Below are positions 29,621 to 40,173 of a DNA stretch of 64,000 nt, piece after piece; the stretch's first letter is position 1; each line of letters starts with the position of its first letter. A model generated the notes under the pieces. That model did no database searches and had not been told where the DNA came from. It worked only from the letters and a program-made list of their open reading frames with translations. The position numbers and the translations under genes are program-made. The DNA lies in assembly GCA_947494155.1 (NCBI GenBank), contig CANLTW010000005.1, positions 16,793 through 80,792 on the forward strand, written 5' to 3'. This stretch comes from Chlamydiota bacterium (GTDB lineage: Bacteria > Chlamydiota > Chlamydiia > Chlamydiales > RGXB01).

Positions 29621-30765
29621 AAGAACTTAAGAAAAAACTTTTACCCCCCATCCTTTCCCTTTTTTTAGGGACCATAGGAAATAGCTTTTTTGGGACCCTA
29701 CTCTCTTTAGACCTCAGAGAACTAGGTTTTTCCAATCTCGCTGTAGGGGGAATTGTCTCTATTTATTACACGGGGATGATGCTTGGCTCCTGGTTTCTGG
29801 AGAAAAAAATTCTCAAATTTGGATTTTCTAAGTCGTATCTCGCGCTAGTCTTTTTGAACATCCTCTTTATTGCGCTGTTTCCCCTAAGTGGAGAACTTAG
29901 CTTCTTGTACTTCATCCGCTTCTTTTTAGGGGTGATTCTTGGGGGAATTTTTGTGATTGTGGAGAGTTGGATTCTCCTTCTGGCTCCACCTGAAAAAAAG
30001 GGAGAGGCGATGTCATGGTATATGATAGGGCTCTATTCGGGCTCCTCTTTGGGGCAAATGATTTTAGGAGATACAACAAAACTGTTTCCGTTCAACATCT
30101 TAATTCCGGTGAGTGCATGTCTTATAGGTATGGTCGTTTTATTTTTTCAGACGCAGACTAACGATATTAAACAAGCTGAAGAGCCACCCAAATTATCAAC
30201 ACGAACAGTGCTGCAGCTCGCCCCTTTAGGTTTTTTTGGCAATCTTCTATCAGGATCCACTCTCAGTGTTTTTTACGGCCTAGTTCCGCTATACGGAAAA
30301 ACTCTAGGATTTTCTACTCATGAGGTCGGTTTGCTTATGGCAACCACTATTGCCGGGGGATTCGTAGGGCAATTGCCGATAGGGCGACTCTCTGACCGGT
30401 TTTCTAAAGACCTGGTGCTGATGATCAACGCTTTTGCTCTATTCTTTATCTCGATACCGATGCTTGTTGGGGGCAAGCTCCCTTTTGTTGTGCTCCTCGC
30501 CATCATGTTTATTTTTGGTATCCTTGCTTTTACCCTTTATCCTCTGTCCATTAATAGTCTTTGTGAAAAAATCCCCTCCAACCAAACGATGAGCGCTGTT
30601 ACTAAGGGAATCGTTGCCTATGGGATTGGTTGTGTGTTTGGACCCATAGTAGCTCCATTTTTTATGGATCTTGAGCTCAAAGAAGGGCTCTTTTTTTATT
30701 TTCTTCTCAATACATCCCTTTTTGTCCTTTTATTCGGCAAAAGAGGTCTGACAAAGTTGAGCTGA
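29617..30765 (+). CDS. MFS transporter (YcaD-like)
   Basis: About 12 TM segments, [22 protein letters not shown]. Confidence 0.85.
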   Translation: MKELKKKLLPPILSLFLGTIGNSFFGTLLSLDLRELGFSNLAVGGIVSIYYTGMMLGSWFLEKKILKFGFSKSYLALVFLNILFIALFPLSGELSFLYFIRFFLGVILGGIFVIVESWILLLAPPEKKGEAMSWYMIGLYSGSSLGQMILGDTTKLFPFNILIPVSACLIGMVVLFFQTQTNDIKQAEEPPKLSTRTVLQLAPLGFFGNLLSGSTLSVFYGLVPLYGKTLGFSTHEVGLLMATTIAGGFVGQLPIGRLSDRFSKDLVLMINAFALFFISIPMLVGGKLPFVVLLAIMFIFGILAFTLYPLSINSLCEKIPSNQTMSAVTKGIVAYGIGCVFGPIVAPFFMDLELKEGLFFYFLLNTSLFVLLFGKRGLTKLS

Positions 30766-31869
30766 GGGGAAAATTCCCCTCTTGTTTTTAAAGTAGAGAT
30801 TTCTTGAAAAAGACTCCTCTATACGTTTAAGAAATACAGGATCCTTTTTTGCCTTTTCGGTGAGGGTTTTATGGATTGCCTCTATACGGGGTAAGGGGAG
30901 CGTTTTTTTAGATCCGACTGGGCTTTCTCCCCCAAAAAGAAGGACGTCAGCCCCGGCCTCAATCGCACAAATAGCAGCCGTTTCCAGGCTCTCGTACTCT
31001 TTTTGTACTGCATCCATCACCAGTGAATCGGTAAAAATCAGCCCCGAAAAGTTCATATCATTTCTAATAAACGCGTTCCATTTTGAGGAAAAAGAGACCA
31101 TGAATTTGGGATCAAAATCTTTTACTATCATGTGGGCTGTCATGATCGCATCCACATGCTGGCTTAGACAGATAAAGGGGGCTAAATCCTCTTTCAGTAA
31201 AAGGGAAAATTTTTTTTCTGTCACAGGAACCTCTTTATGAGAATCCTCATTGACAGCACCGTGGCCGGGAAAATGTTTTATGACCCCGATAAGCCCCTCA
31301 TGTCTAAACCCAAACAAAAGAGACTTTGCTATAGCGATCACCTCATCAGCAGAGCTGCTTATTGTCCTAGAATGGAGCAGGTTGCTGTTTAGGTTGGTTA
31401 AATCTACAACGGGGGAAAAGTTTATCGAAATCCCCCCCTCTTTAAGCTCTTTTCCTATCAGTTCTCCCATAGCGACTATCGCATTTGAGCTCATGCATTT
31501 CCAAAAGGAGGCCTCTGGAATTTTGCTAAACCCCTTTGTTAGCCTCTGTACTCTCCCCCCTTCTTGGTCCACGGCAATCCAGCGCGGTATTCCACGAAAG
31601 CTTTGGATCTGGTGTGAAAGGCGCTCTACTTGAGATCGGCTGAGTTCACCGTTTAAAAAGTTAAAGTAAATGACCCCGCCGATGTGAACTCTATCTATGA
31701 TCTCTTCTAACTCTTCAGTCACCTCATTTCCATGAAAAGAGATCATAAAAAGTTGGCCCACCTTCTCCTCAAGAGAATATTCCACCTGGGCACAAAGCCC
31801 GTTCAAGTATAAAAGAAAAAAGGGGAGAAATTTGAAAAACATAAAAGAAAGACCGAAAAAAAGACCCAC
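30730..31869 (-). CDS. nagZ: GH3 beta-N-acetylhexosaminidase
   Basis: EEKVGQLFM, VDQEGGRVQR, KHFPGHGAVNEDSH, FTDSLVM. Confidence 0.88.
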   Translation of the reverse strand: MGLFFGLSFMFFKFLPFFLLYLNGLCAQVEYSLEEKVGQLFMISFHGNEVTEELEEIIDRVHIGGVIYFNFLNGELSRSQVERLSHQIQSFRGIPRWIAVDQEGGRVQRLTKGFSKIPEASFWKCMSSNAIVAMGELIGKELKEGGISINFSPVVDLTNLNSNLLHSRTISSSADEVIAIAKSLLFGFRHEGLIGVIKHFPGHGAVNEDSHKEVPVTEKKFSLLLKEDLAPFICLSQHVDAIMTAHMIVKDFDPKFMVSFSSKWNAFIRNDMNFSGLIFTDSLVMDAVQKEYESLETAAICAIEAGADVLLFGGESPVGSKKTLPLPRIEAIHKTLTEKAKKDPVFLKRIEESFSRNLYFKNKRGIFPSAQLCQTSFAE

Positions 31870-31914
31870 CTAAAAGCTTTTTAGGGCTTTTTTGTAGGTC
31901 TTCAATACCTAACT

Positions 31915-32367
31915 TCACACGTTAGGAAAAATGTCTCTGAATTGATCTTTCAAAGAGGAGGGCACGATCTCATCCACCCCTGTTTTATCGTACATTAAAA
32001 AGTACATGCAGGAAAACATGATCCCAAGAGCTGGACTAAAAAGGGCTACAGCGAGAGCGATACCACAAACTAGGGATCTTTTAAAGGAGAGAAACGAGCG
32101 ATTCAAGGACTCTTTAAGGGACTGAAATTTATGAAAAGTGAGCATCATCAACACACCCTTCACTAATAAAGCCAAAGCCGAATAAAGACCCCATACAATA
32201 TCCGCAAGCAAAAGGACGAAAAAGAAGAGTCTTGCTGCAAGAGCACTGAAAAAACTCCCCTTATCTTCTACAACGGCTTTTGGCGCTTGAGGGATAAAAA
32301 GCTGTTCCTCTTTTTGCCCTTGGAGCGTGCCGTAGTCAAAGATATTGTAAATCGCCATATTCCTCAT
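31915..32367 (-). CDS. Hypothetical membrane protein
   Basis: 150-aa ORF with long hydrophobic hairpins. Confidence 0.65.
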   Translation of the reverse strand: MRNMAIYNIFDYGTLQGQKEEQLFIPQAPKAVVEDKGSFFSALAARLFFFVLLLADIVWGLYSALALLVKGVLMMLTFHKFQSLKESLNRSFLSFKRSLVCGIALAVALFSPALGIMFSCMYFLMYDKTGVDEIVPSSLKDQFRDIFPNV

Positions 32368-32472
32368 CCTAATTTGTACTTATTGATCACAATAGCAAAC
32401 AGGGCTCTTTTTGGTCATTGTTGCAACTTTGTTGATAAGTTTTGAACATCCTAACCTATTGATTTTCAATGA

Positions 32473-33990
32473 TTAAACATCAAAATTAGGCTGAAGTTTT
32501 TTTTCATCGACAATCTTTTCCCCTTTTTCCACAATCGGAGCGTCCTTAAACCAAAAAGCCCCTAATGCATAAAGAACAAAAGGGACCAAAAGAACACTAA
32601 AAAACTGAGAAGCCTTTTCCATAAACGGTTTTGGATAGGTTGTGGACCAGTAAAGATCGGGAAAAAGCGTAAGAGAGACTAAGGTGATCAGCGCAACCAA
32701 ACTAAGGTGTTTTGCCAAACTGCGGATAGGGTAAGGAGCATTCAATTTTCTTGCAAGATATGCCCACTGCAACCAAAAGCTGATCGAGGTTGTCAATGCA
32801 ATAGCCCAACTCCCTGCATTCCATACAAAAACCAGGATCATGTTCAGTATCGTGTTAGTCACTACTGCAATAAACGTCCCCTTCATTGGGGTTTTGAAAT
32901 CTTGCGCCGCATAAAAAGAGGGGGCCAAAAGCAAGATCAGACCAGAGGGAATGAGACCTATTGTGTAAAAAGCTAAAGCCTGTGCTGTGATCGTTACATC
33001 CGCATCTAAAAAGGCGCCCCTGCCATAGATAAGACTTACGAACGGGGGTGCTGCAACAAAAAATAGAAGGGTAAAGGGGGCTAGAAGTTTGAGTGTAAGC
33101 CTTAGACTTTTTTCCGTTAGGTAGTGGTACTGATCTAAATCCTTCCCCTGGTAGGCTCTCGCAAGCAACGGGGCTATGGCCTGGCTTACTGCAACCCCAA
33201 AAAGACCCATTGGTACCTGCTCTAATTTGATCGCATAGCTCAAAAAAGCTGCCCCTTTTGGGTCAGCCCATTTTGCAAATAAAAGATCAATCGCTCCATT
33301 TAACTGAGTAGCTGCAACACCGGTAAGGGTCAAAAAGAGAGGTTTCAAAAGTTCTTTTACCTCTATGGAAAAAGGGCGGAATTGGAACCAATCCCTAAAA
33401 CTGATCTTTAAGCATTTAATTGTTTTGGGTAAGAGGATCAGCCATTGGAACAAAAACGCTACCGAAATAGACAAGGCAATCCCCTTAAGCGCCTGAGATT
33501 GGTCTTCGGCTGCAAACAAAAAGCAGCCACCTACCCAAATAAGATTGAAAATAGTAGGGGCTACAGAGGGGAGAAAAAAATGTCCATGGCACTGTAAAAA
33601 AGCCATAAATAGAGCATATAAAACGATAAAGACTACACCCGGAAGCATATAGCTTGCTACGGATCCAAAAAATAGCAGTGTAATCAAAAAAATAGTTGGC
33701 ACTAAAACAAAAACAAGTGACCAAAAAAGATCTCGAAAAAAAAGGTCGGCTTTTTTTTGTTCTAATTGACGATACCTTTCATAAACAGGGATGAATCCAT
33801 TGCTTACCCCCCCCTCTCCCAAAAGGCGCCGAAAAATATTTGACCATCGGTAGGAGATAAAAAAATCCCCCACTAAAGCGCTTGCCCCAAAACAGATGGA
33901 CATCGAAAGTTCTCTTAAAAGTCCCCCCAAACGACTGATCAGAGTTCCTAAAAAAAAATGGACTGCCTGACGAATCATACTCTCCCTCAC
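32473..33990 (-). CDS. murJ: Lipid II flippase MurJ (MviN)
   Basis: GTLISRLGGLLRE, RRLLGEG, QVPMGLFGVA, FYAAQDFKTP. Confidence 0.93.
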   Translation of the reverse strand: MRESMIRQAVHFFLGTLISRLGGLLRELSMSICFGASALVGDFFISYRWSNIFRRLLGEGGVSNGFIPVYERYRQLEQKKADLFFRDLFWSLVFVLVPTIFLITLLFFGSVASYMLPGVVFIVLYALFMAFLQCHGHFFLPSVAPTIFNLIWVGGCFLFAAEDQSQALKGIALSISVAFLFQWLILLPKTIKCLKISFRDWFQFRPFSIEVKELLKPLFLTLTGVAATQLNGAIDLLFAKWADPKGAAFLSYAIKLEQVPMGLFGVAVSQAIAPLLARAYQGKDLDQYHYLTEKSLRLTLKLLAPFTLLFFVAAPPFVSLIYGRGAFLDADVTITAQALAFYTIGLIPSGLILLLAPSFYAAQDFKTPMKGTFIAVVTNTILNMILVFVWNAGSWAIALTTSISFWLQWAYLARKLNAPYPIRSLAKHLSLVALITLVSLTLFPDLYWSTTYPKPFMEKASQFFSVLLVPFVLYALGAFWFKDAPIVEKGEKIVDEKKLQPNFDV

Positions 33991-34034
33991 CTAAAGCTCT
34001 CTTATCCTCATTAAATAATAAAGATAGAATAAAG

Positions 34035-34790
34035 TTATTTTACCCTTTTTAGGATCGTGAATCCATGACTATTTACATAATCCTCAAATTTTTCCCATGC
34101 AGTGTGGGAAACTAAAAAATCGTCTATTGCCCCTTTCAGCCCCTTTTTTTCTTTATTGAACTCTAAAATTGGTCTATACCTCTCAATGGAGTAGTCGGGT
34201 TCATCTTCATATTCCCAATGACCATGGGTATGCAGAATAGCTATATATTTTTTTGTTGAATCGGCGAAATGTTCTAGTTCATGGTACAACCTAAAGTAGG
34301 AGTGGTGCGAGTTGATGTAGACTAGATCGGCTTCTATGGGTTGTTGAAATAACAATTCTTTTGCCTCAAATCTGCAATCGATCGCTCTTGGAATACTTTT
34401 TTTTAGCCACTTTTTCTCTCTAATCTCTACCCCTTTATGAAGATAGATAGTGATTGTTTTTTCTGACTTCCCATTCTCCAAGAGGCCCAAAATCAGGCTT
34501 AAAGTCCCCCCTTGCTCACCCCCCCCCACCTCAACAATAGCTGAGGCATCCTGAGCTAATTCTTTAAGCCTTGCCATGAATGGGCTTACCTCATTAAAAA
34601 GAAAGCTCTTTTCAGACTCTTTTAGATATTCTTGCGCGATTTTTTCTGCCCCATGTCGTTCCCTTTTTTTTGCTACTCTTGTGAAAGAAGCCTCCACAAA
34701 AGGGGACCAAAGAAAGAGAAACGCTAGTGCCAGCTGTTTTGTTTTTAAAATTCGCAATCTATCCCCTTCTTTTAAATACTGTAAATCCAT
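34035..34790 (-). CDS. Class I SAM methyltransferase-like paralog, degenerate; true start uncertain
   Basis: VEVGGG, DLVYINSHHSY..LYHELE and NSHGFTILKR parallel the upstream paralog. Confidence 0.6.
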   Translation of the reverse strand: MDLQYLKEGDRLRILKTKQLALAFLFLWSPFVEASFTRVAKKRERHGAEKIAQEYLKESEKSFLFNEVSPFMARLKELAQDASAIVEVGGGEQGGTLSLILGLLENGKSEKTITIYLHKGVEIREKKWLKKSIPRAIDCRFEAKELLFQQPIEADLVYINSHHSYFRLYHELEHFADSTKKYIAILHTHGHWEYEDEPDYSIERYRPILEFNKEKKGLKGAIDDFLVSHTAWEKFEDYVNSHGFTILKRVK

Positions 34791-35469
34791 GACAATTTGT
34801 GTAGCGCTCGGCCAATTCCCACTCTGGATGCCTTACTAAGAAATCATCTGCTGCTGCAAGAAGACCTCTTTTATCACGATCTACCCACGAGGGGTAATGA
34901 CTCTTGTCGTTCCCGTAGGGTGCAGGCTCATCTTCGAAACCCCAAGGGGCATCCGTATCATGCATCGTGATATACTTTTTCACAAATGGGGAGAACTTTT
35001 CCAATTCAAACGTTAATTGCGCATAGGTGTGCAGTGTATCGATAAAAAGCATATCCACCTCGATAGGATCAAGGAAGGCGTCATCTTTGAGAATGAATAA
35101 AAACGAGATATTGGATTTTCTTGCATTTTTTTCCAGTTTACTTAGAGTAGCGATCGGGGGGAAGAAAAGATCTACTCCTATGTAGCGTTTATTTGAAGCT
35201 TTGCTTTTATCCAGCCCCGCCAAAATACCATAGGTGGAAACCATCCCTCTCACACCCAATTCTAAAACAGAATCGCATTCGGACGAAAGTCGTCTAAGGT
35301 GCTTTAAATGTTCGTGAATATCCCCTGGACCCCTTTCCATTAGCTGGCAAAGGCCCTGCAATTCCCGATTTTCTCCCCCTCTTAGCGGACATAAAGACAA
35401 ACAGGCAACACCCCAAATGATATACTTATAAAATGCACGCATAAAAACCTTTATGTAATTAACACTCAT
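34759..35469 (-). CDS. Class I SAM-dependent methyltransferase (Methyltransf_24-like)
   Basis: DIHEHL, VLELGVR, DMLFIDTLHTY, HDT, NCHGFTVFKR. Confidence 0.75.
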   Translation of the reverse strand: MSVNYIKVFMRAFYKYIIWGVACLSLCPLRGGENRELQGLCQLMERGPGDIHEHLKHLRRLSSECDSVLELGVRGMVSTYGILAGLDKSKASNKRYIGVDLFFPPIATLSKLEKNARKSNISFLFILKDDAFLDPIEVDMLFIDTLHTYAQLTFELEKFSPFVKKYITMHDTDAPWGFEDEPAPYGNDKSHYPSWVDRDKRGLLAAADDFLVRHPEWELAERYTNCHGFTVFKRRG

Positions 35470-35554
35470 TAAAGCATATTCAAATCTTGAGTATTAAGCA
35501 ACTTCGAGGCAGTCTAATTAAAACTTTTAATTTAGATGTCTTTCTTAAGCTTTT

Positions 35555-37282
35555 TTATTTTACGATCGGACGCCTGTGTTTGATTTCATCAAAGCTTTTA
35601 GCCAGCTCCTCTAAAAGAGGCTCGTCGTGGGGATTATTTTGCATTTTTTTAATGATGGTTTCCCTCTGTTTCAACCAATTGCGCTCCAATATTTTTCGCA
35701 CAGTTTCGATCATCAGAATTTCTGCTCTTTCAATAGGGATTTTTTTTGAGAGGATTCTATCGATAAAAGGTTGCAAATTTATCGATTCGGGATGGGAAAG
35801 CACCTCCATTAAATCCCCCTTTTTTTCCATCAAAAGCTCGTAGAGTTTCTGCATTTCAGGGTGGATGAGATCTCTATTTTCAAGATTTTTAAGGGCGATA
35901 TCTTTAGTCAGCTCATAAGCGACAATTAACCAACGGACTAGATCTCCCTCTAAAATGAGATCAAAATCGACAACCTCTTTAGTTGCAGCAATAGGATGCT
36001 CCACTCTTAAATCCTCGTTGGATTCGATAAAATCCAGGGGGATTTGAAACATGTGTGCGATCCTTTTTTTCCCCTCATGACGCATCACTGGATCGATCCA
36101 ATCATTAACGAGGTGAACCATCTCCTTGATCACCTGGCTTTTCACAGCAGGTAAATTAAGGTCTTTATTTTTCACCAGGACCGACTTGAAAAAATCGAGA
36201 TAGGAGAGCGATTTTTCCAGAAGCTCTTCGAATGACTTTTTCCCTTTTTTTAACAAAATCGTGTCGGGGTCCTCCCCTTTCGATAGCACGGGAATCAGCA
36301 CCTCTATCCCCTGTTTAAGGAAGAGTTGCCCCACCTTTAAAGCTGCCCGTTGCCCAGCAGTATCCCCGTCAAAAGCTATAAACACCTCCTCCACACCAAG
36401 ATCTTTGACCTGCAACACATGCGTCTCGGTAAAAGCGGTTCCTTGCCCGGCTAGAGTAAAATCGAATCCCTCATGAATAAGGCGCATCGCATCGATCTGC
36501 CCCTCAACGATTAGGGCTTTTTTTTCTTTTACAATCCTTTTTCTCGATTCGTTAAGTCCAAAAAGGATTTGTGATTTTTTAAAAAGGGGCGTCTCTTTGG
36601 TGTTGATATATTTAGGCCCACTCTCCTCCTCATGAAACCTCCGCGCTGTAAAACCTAAAACATTTCCGTGGGAATCTTTAATGGGGATGGTGATTCGATC
36701 CATAAAAAAAGGAAGGTTCCCTTTCCCTTTCATCGCACCAGCTTCAAACAAAGCCTCTAGGTCTATTTTAAAATCCTGCCTCCAAGCGTCAAACAGCCTG
36801 AGATCTTTAGGGGCTAACCCCATTTCAAAAAGGCGTATAAAGGAGAGATCCATCCCTCTATCGTAGAGGTAGCTTAGGGCAAGTTGCCCTTCAGGGGTAT
36901 GCAAAAGAGTAAAATGGTAAAAACGGTTAAGCTCTTTGAGGACCTGCTTGAGAGGCATCAGACTTGGCCCCTTTTGCACCTCCTCAACGTAACGCATCTC
37001 CACACCGAATCTTTCGCAAAGGGTTTGCACCGCCTCTTGAAAAGGGAGTTTGAGATGCTGCATCAAAAAACTGATCCCATCTCCATGAGCCCCGCACCCA
37101 AAACAGTGGTAGTGCATGTCTTTTCTTTGAACTACAAAGGAGGGGGTATGTTCAAAGTGGAATGGACAGAGGGCTTTAAATCCCCCAGGCGCTTTTTGAA
37201 ACTGGACATAAGGAGATAACACATCGACGATATCGATCTTTTTTTTCAGCTCTTCCAGCATTGCCGGATCAAAAAGGGGCAT
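35555..37282 (-). CDS. dnaG: DNA primase
   Basis: CPFHFEHTPSF...CFGC, KYINTKET, EGQID, FDGDTAG. Confidence 0.97.
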   Translation of the reverse strand: MPLFDPAMLEELKKKIDIVDVLSPYVQFQKAPGGFKALCPFHFEHTPSFVVQRKDMHYHCFGCGAHGDGISFLMQHLKLPFQEAVQTLCERFGVEMRYVEEVQKGPSLMPLKQVLKELNRFYHFTLLHTPEGQLALSYLYDRGMDLSFIRLFEMGLAPKDLRLFDAWRQDFKIDLEALFEAGAMKGKGNLPFFMDRITIPIKDSHGNVLGFTARRFHEEESGPKYINTKETPLFKKSQILFGLNESRKRIVKEKKALIVEGQIDAMRLIHEGFDFTLAGQGTAFTETHVLQVKDLGVEEVFIAFDGDTAGQRAALKVGQLFLKQGIEVLIPVLSKGEDPDTILLKKGKKSFEELLEKSLSYLDFFKSVLVKNKDLNLPAVKSQVIKEMVHLVNDWIDPVMRHEGKKRIAHMFQIPLDFIESNEDLRVEHPIAATKEVVDFDLILEGDLVRWLIVAYELTKDIALKNLENRDLIHPEMQKLYELLMEKKGDLMEVLSHPESINLQPFIDRILSKKIPIERAEILMIETVRKILERNWLKQRETIIKKMQNNPHDEPLLEELAKSFDEIKHRRPIVK

Positions 37283-37960
37283 TCAGTAACTCTCCCTTTG
37301 CCGAAGATAGCCTAATTCATATAAAGAAAGAAAGTTTTGTTGATGCACGATAAGATGATCTGTCATTTCAATTTCCAAAAAACCGCCCACTTTCTCTAAC
37401 GTTCTTGTGCTGATAACATCCTCCTGAGAAGGAGTCAACACACCTAATAGATGGTTATGCACTAAAACGAACCCTGCAGCGTCGTGATATAGAAGGGGTT
37501 GAAAAATATCTCTCATACGACAAAAAACTTTTTGGTTATCTCCGACACCAATTTTTTGCACAAAGATAGACTCTTTTTGTTTATTTCGTCCCACCAGCAA
37601 ACAGATTTCAAGATTTTGCCCCAGAAAATCCGATTCTACAAGATCAAAAATTTTTTTAGGGCTATCCAAAAGATGTTTTTTTTCACAAGTTGATCCCCTT
37701 TTTCTCATCTCCTGAAAAACTCTCCATACAAGGGCCTTTTTACCGTGAAACAAAGACTCTTGATCCGACTTTGCCAAGGAGGAATCAAAAAACGCCTTCA
37801 AACCTCCGGCGCTTTTAAGTTCCAGCTTCGCAGCACACAAAGCTTCTTTACCGTTTCCCCAAAATAAGGACCAGAGCTCCTCATTTGTAAGGGAGCCTTC
37901 ACCATACAGCTCTAGTTTTTTTTCGAGAGAAAGCCCTTTTTTAGACAAGCTTGATCCCAT
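37283..37960 (-). CDS. radC: RadC-like JAB domain protein
   Basis: LTNEEL, LVHNHLLG..TPSQED, DHLIV. Confidence 0.8.
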   Translation of the reverse strand: MGSSLSKKGLSLEKKLELYGEGSLTNEELWSLFWGNGKEALCAAKLELKSAGGLKAFFDSSLAKSDQESLFHGKKALVWRVFQEMRKRGSTCEKKHLLDSPKKIFDLVESDFLGQNLEICLLVGRNKQKESIFVQKIGVGDNQKVFCRMRDIFQPLLYHDAAGFVLVHNHLLGVLTPSQEDVISTRTLEKVGGFLEIEMTDHLIVHQQNFLSLYELGYLRQRESY

Positions 37961-37961
37961 T

Positions 37962-39248
37962 TCACCCCTTTTTATAAGGTAGAGCTTTATACTCCAAAGA
38001 CTGGGGTATTTCGATCGTTAAGAGGATGTCATTCCCCTCGTATTCTGTCTCAAGGACTCTCCCCTCTTGCATAAGCTCTGAAGCCACATGGTAATGGCTT
38101 TGGGGGATGCGCAATTCCATCACCTTCCTTAAAGATTGAATTTTCTCAATCATCAGACGAAATAGCTCATCATACCCTTGCTTTGTGATTGTAGAAATCA
38201 CCACGGTATCTGGGTAGCGGTATCGCAGCTCCTCGAGATTTTTCTTGTCTTCAACTTTATCCGCTTTATTAATAACGGTAATAATCGGCTTATCTTTTGC
38301 CCCTATCTCCTCTAATACTCGTATGGATTCTGTGGCATGCTCCAAAGCTTCAGGGTGGGATGCATCTACGACATGGAGTAAAATATCTGTATATACAGAC
38401 TCTTCAAGTGTGCTTCTAAACGCATCGACCAGCTTATGTGGCAACTTTCGGATAAATCCCACGGTATCGATCAATAAAACATTTTGGTGGTTAGGCAACT
38501 GAAAACGGCGAGTAGTAGTATCTAGGGTCGCAAATAATTTGTCTTCAGACAAAACCCCCGCATCCGTCAAGCTATTCAATAAACTCGATTTCCCCGCATT
38601 CGTATACCCCACAATGGCAAAAGCAGGCACATGCGTGCGAAGCCGCTGCTGCCTTTGCAAAGCGCGATGGGCTCTTACCTCTTTGATTTCCTGTTCCACC
38701 ATGACCAGACGCCTGTCCAAAATACGACGGTCTATTTCGATCTGCTTTTCCCCCTCCCCTTTCAGGTATCCGCCCCCTCCGCTTCCGCCTCCGCCCCCAG
38801 TGCGCTGGCGGGATAAGTGGGTCCAAAGGCGCTTCAACCGGGGCAACTCATAGCGGATCTTTGCCGATTCCACTTGCAGGCGAGCCTCTTTAGAGTGGGC
38901 TCTTTGGGCAAAAACTTCGATGATCAACCCTGTCCGGTCAATCACAGGTTTTTTTAAAATGGCTTCAATATTCCGTTGTTGGTTGGGAGAGATCTCCTCA
39001 TCGAAGATCATGCAGTCATAGCCTTCGGCCACCATCCGCTCATGAATCTCCTCCACCTTCCCCTCCCCGATATAAGTTGCAGCCTCCACTTTTTTGATCG
39101 GGCAAGGCTCAAATCCAAACTCGGTAAAACCATAGGTTTCACCCAAGGCCTTGAGCTCTTCTAACGAATCCAGGCAAGCCTGTTTTGCGGATGCACCGCT
39201 AAAGGGGCCAACAAGTAGGGCTTTTTTTAATGAGGCTGTCATACGCAA
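37962..39248 (-). CDS. hflX: GTPase HflX
   Basis: GEGEKQIEIDRR, GYTNAGKSS, DKLFATLD, DTVGFI, NKAD. Confidence 0.97.
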   Translation of the reverse strand: MRMTASLKKALLVGPFSGASAKQACLDSLEELKALGETYGFTEFGFEPCPIKKVEAATYIGEGKVEEIHERMVAEGYDCMIFDEEISPNQQRNIEAILKKPVIDRTGLIIEVFAQRAHSKEARLQVESAKIRYELPRLKRLWTHLSRQRTGGGGGSGGGGYLKGEGEKQIEIDRRILDRRLVMVEQEIKEVRAHRALQRQQRLRTHVPAFAIVGYTNAGKSSLLNSLTDAGVLSEDKLFATLDTTTRRFQLPNHQNVLLIDTVGFIRKLPHKLVDAFRSTLEESVYTDILLHVVDASHPEALEHATESIRVLEEIGAKDKPIITVINKADKVEDKKNLEELRYRYPDTVVISTITKQGYDELFRLMIEKIQSLRKVMELRIPQSHYHVASELMQEGRVLETEYEGNDILLTIEIPQSLEYKALPYKKG

Positions 39249-39282
39249 CTCTTCGAAAGGGGTCTAAAGGATCTATCCATTT

Positions 39283-40086
39283 TTAAGAAAGATTGATCGC
39301 TATTTTCATCCCATCATACCCAAGTTGGACATTCGGGGGCAACCGCTTTGAAGCTTCTGGGTAATCGACTGAGTGGTCGAGATGGATAAAAAAGGTTTTT
39401 TCAGCCCCCGAGAGCTTACTGAAATGGTGTGCCTCCTCAAAGGTAAAATGGGCAATCGAGTCCCCATCGCGCACAGCGCCTAAAACAAGGGTCTTTATCC
39501 CTTTCAATTCTTGGATCAACCTGGGCTCATAGCGCTTGATATCGGTTAGAAACGCAAAATCTCCCAGCCTAAAACCGGTGACTTGGGTCGGCCGTGTGTG
39601 CCCCTCATTTTGCTGAGAGTACTCTAAAGTTTGAATTTTGCAGCCGTAAAAATCGAGCATCTCCCATCTTCGGATCTGCTTTAAATAAAAAGAGGGGGAA
39701 TTTCCCCCAAGAACAGGCTTTAAAAGATAATTAATCCGTTTTTTTAGGTCTGAATATGTCGACCTGTTCGCATAAATCGGTAGAGATTGATTTGGATAGC
39801 CGGTGATCCATTTCACATCATCGATACCCGCGATATGATCAAAATGGTTGTGTGTTACAAAGAGGGCATCAATATGACACACCTTTTGCTCCAAAAGTTG
39901 ATTTCTTATATCGGGCCCAGCATCCACAAGGAGTTTTTTATCGCCAATCTCAAGCAAACCGGCGACCCTTTGACGTCTGTTTTTGGGTTCAATGTCCGTT
40001 TTTGTGCAAATAGCACACGAACACCCTAAGCGCGGTACGCCTGATGAGGTGCCGACCCCCAGAAGAGTGAATAGAGCTTGCGTCAT
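39283..40086 (-). CDS. phnP: PhnP-like metallo-beta-lactamase hydrolase
   Basis: LGVGTSSGVPRLGCSC, THNHFDHIAGIDD, GYDGM. Confidence 0.85.
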   Translation of the reverse strand: MTQALFTLLGVGTSSGVPRLGCSCAICTKTDIEPKNRRQRVAGLLEIGDKKLLVDAGPDIRNQLLEQKVCHIDALFVTHNHFDHIAGIDDVKWITGYPNQSLPIYANRSTYSDLKKRINYLLKPVLGGNSPSFYLKQIRRWEMLDFYGCKIQTLEYSQQNEGHTRPTQVTGFRLGDFAFLTDIKRYEPRLIQELKGIKTLVLGAVRDGDSIAHFTFEEAHHFSKLSGAEKTFFIHLDHSVDYPEASKRLPPNVQLGYDGMKIAINLS

Positions 40087-40173
40087 AACTTCCCATAGTA
40101 CACCGCTTTGAATTTTTTTGTGAAACTGCTTCGAAAAAAAAATGTAAAAAAAAGTTCGAGGGGCTGCTAAAAA

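Noticed and set aside
32449..32475. Loose palindrome taac..ttgattttcaa..tta, with vaguely similar sites near 26207, 55370 and 56712 (IHF-like)
   Set aside because: Spacing and sequence vary, and AT-rich DNA can produce such matches by chance
37283..37960. RadC/JAB as a marker of a mobile or defence island
   Set aside because: It sits tightly between hflX and dnaG, with no integrase, E1/E2 or CBASS genes nearby
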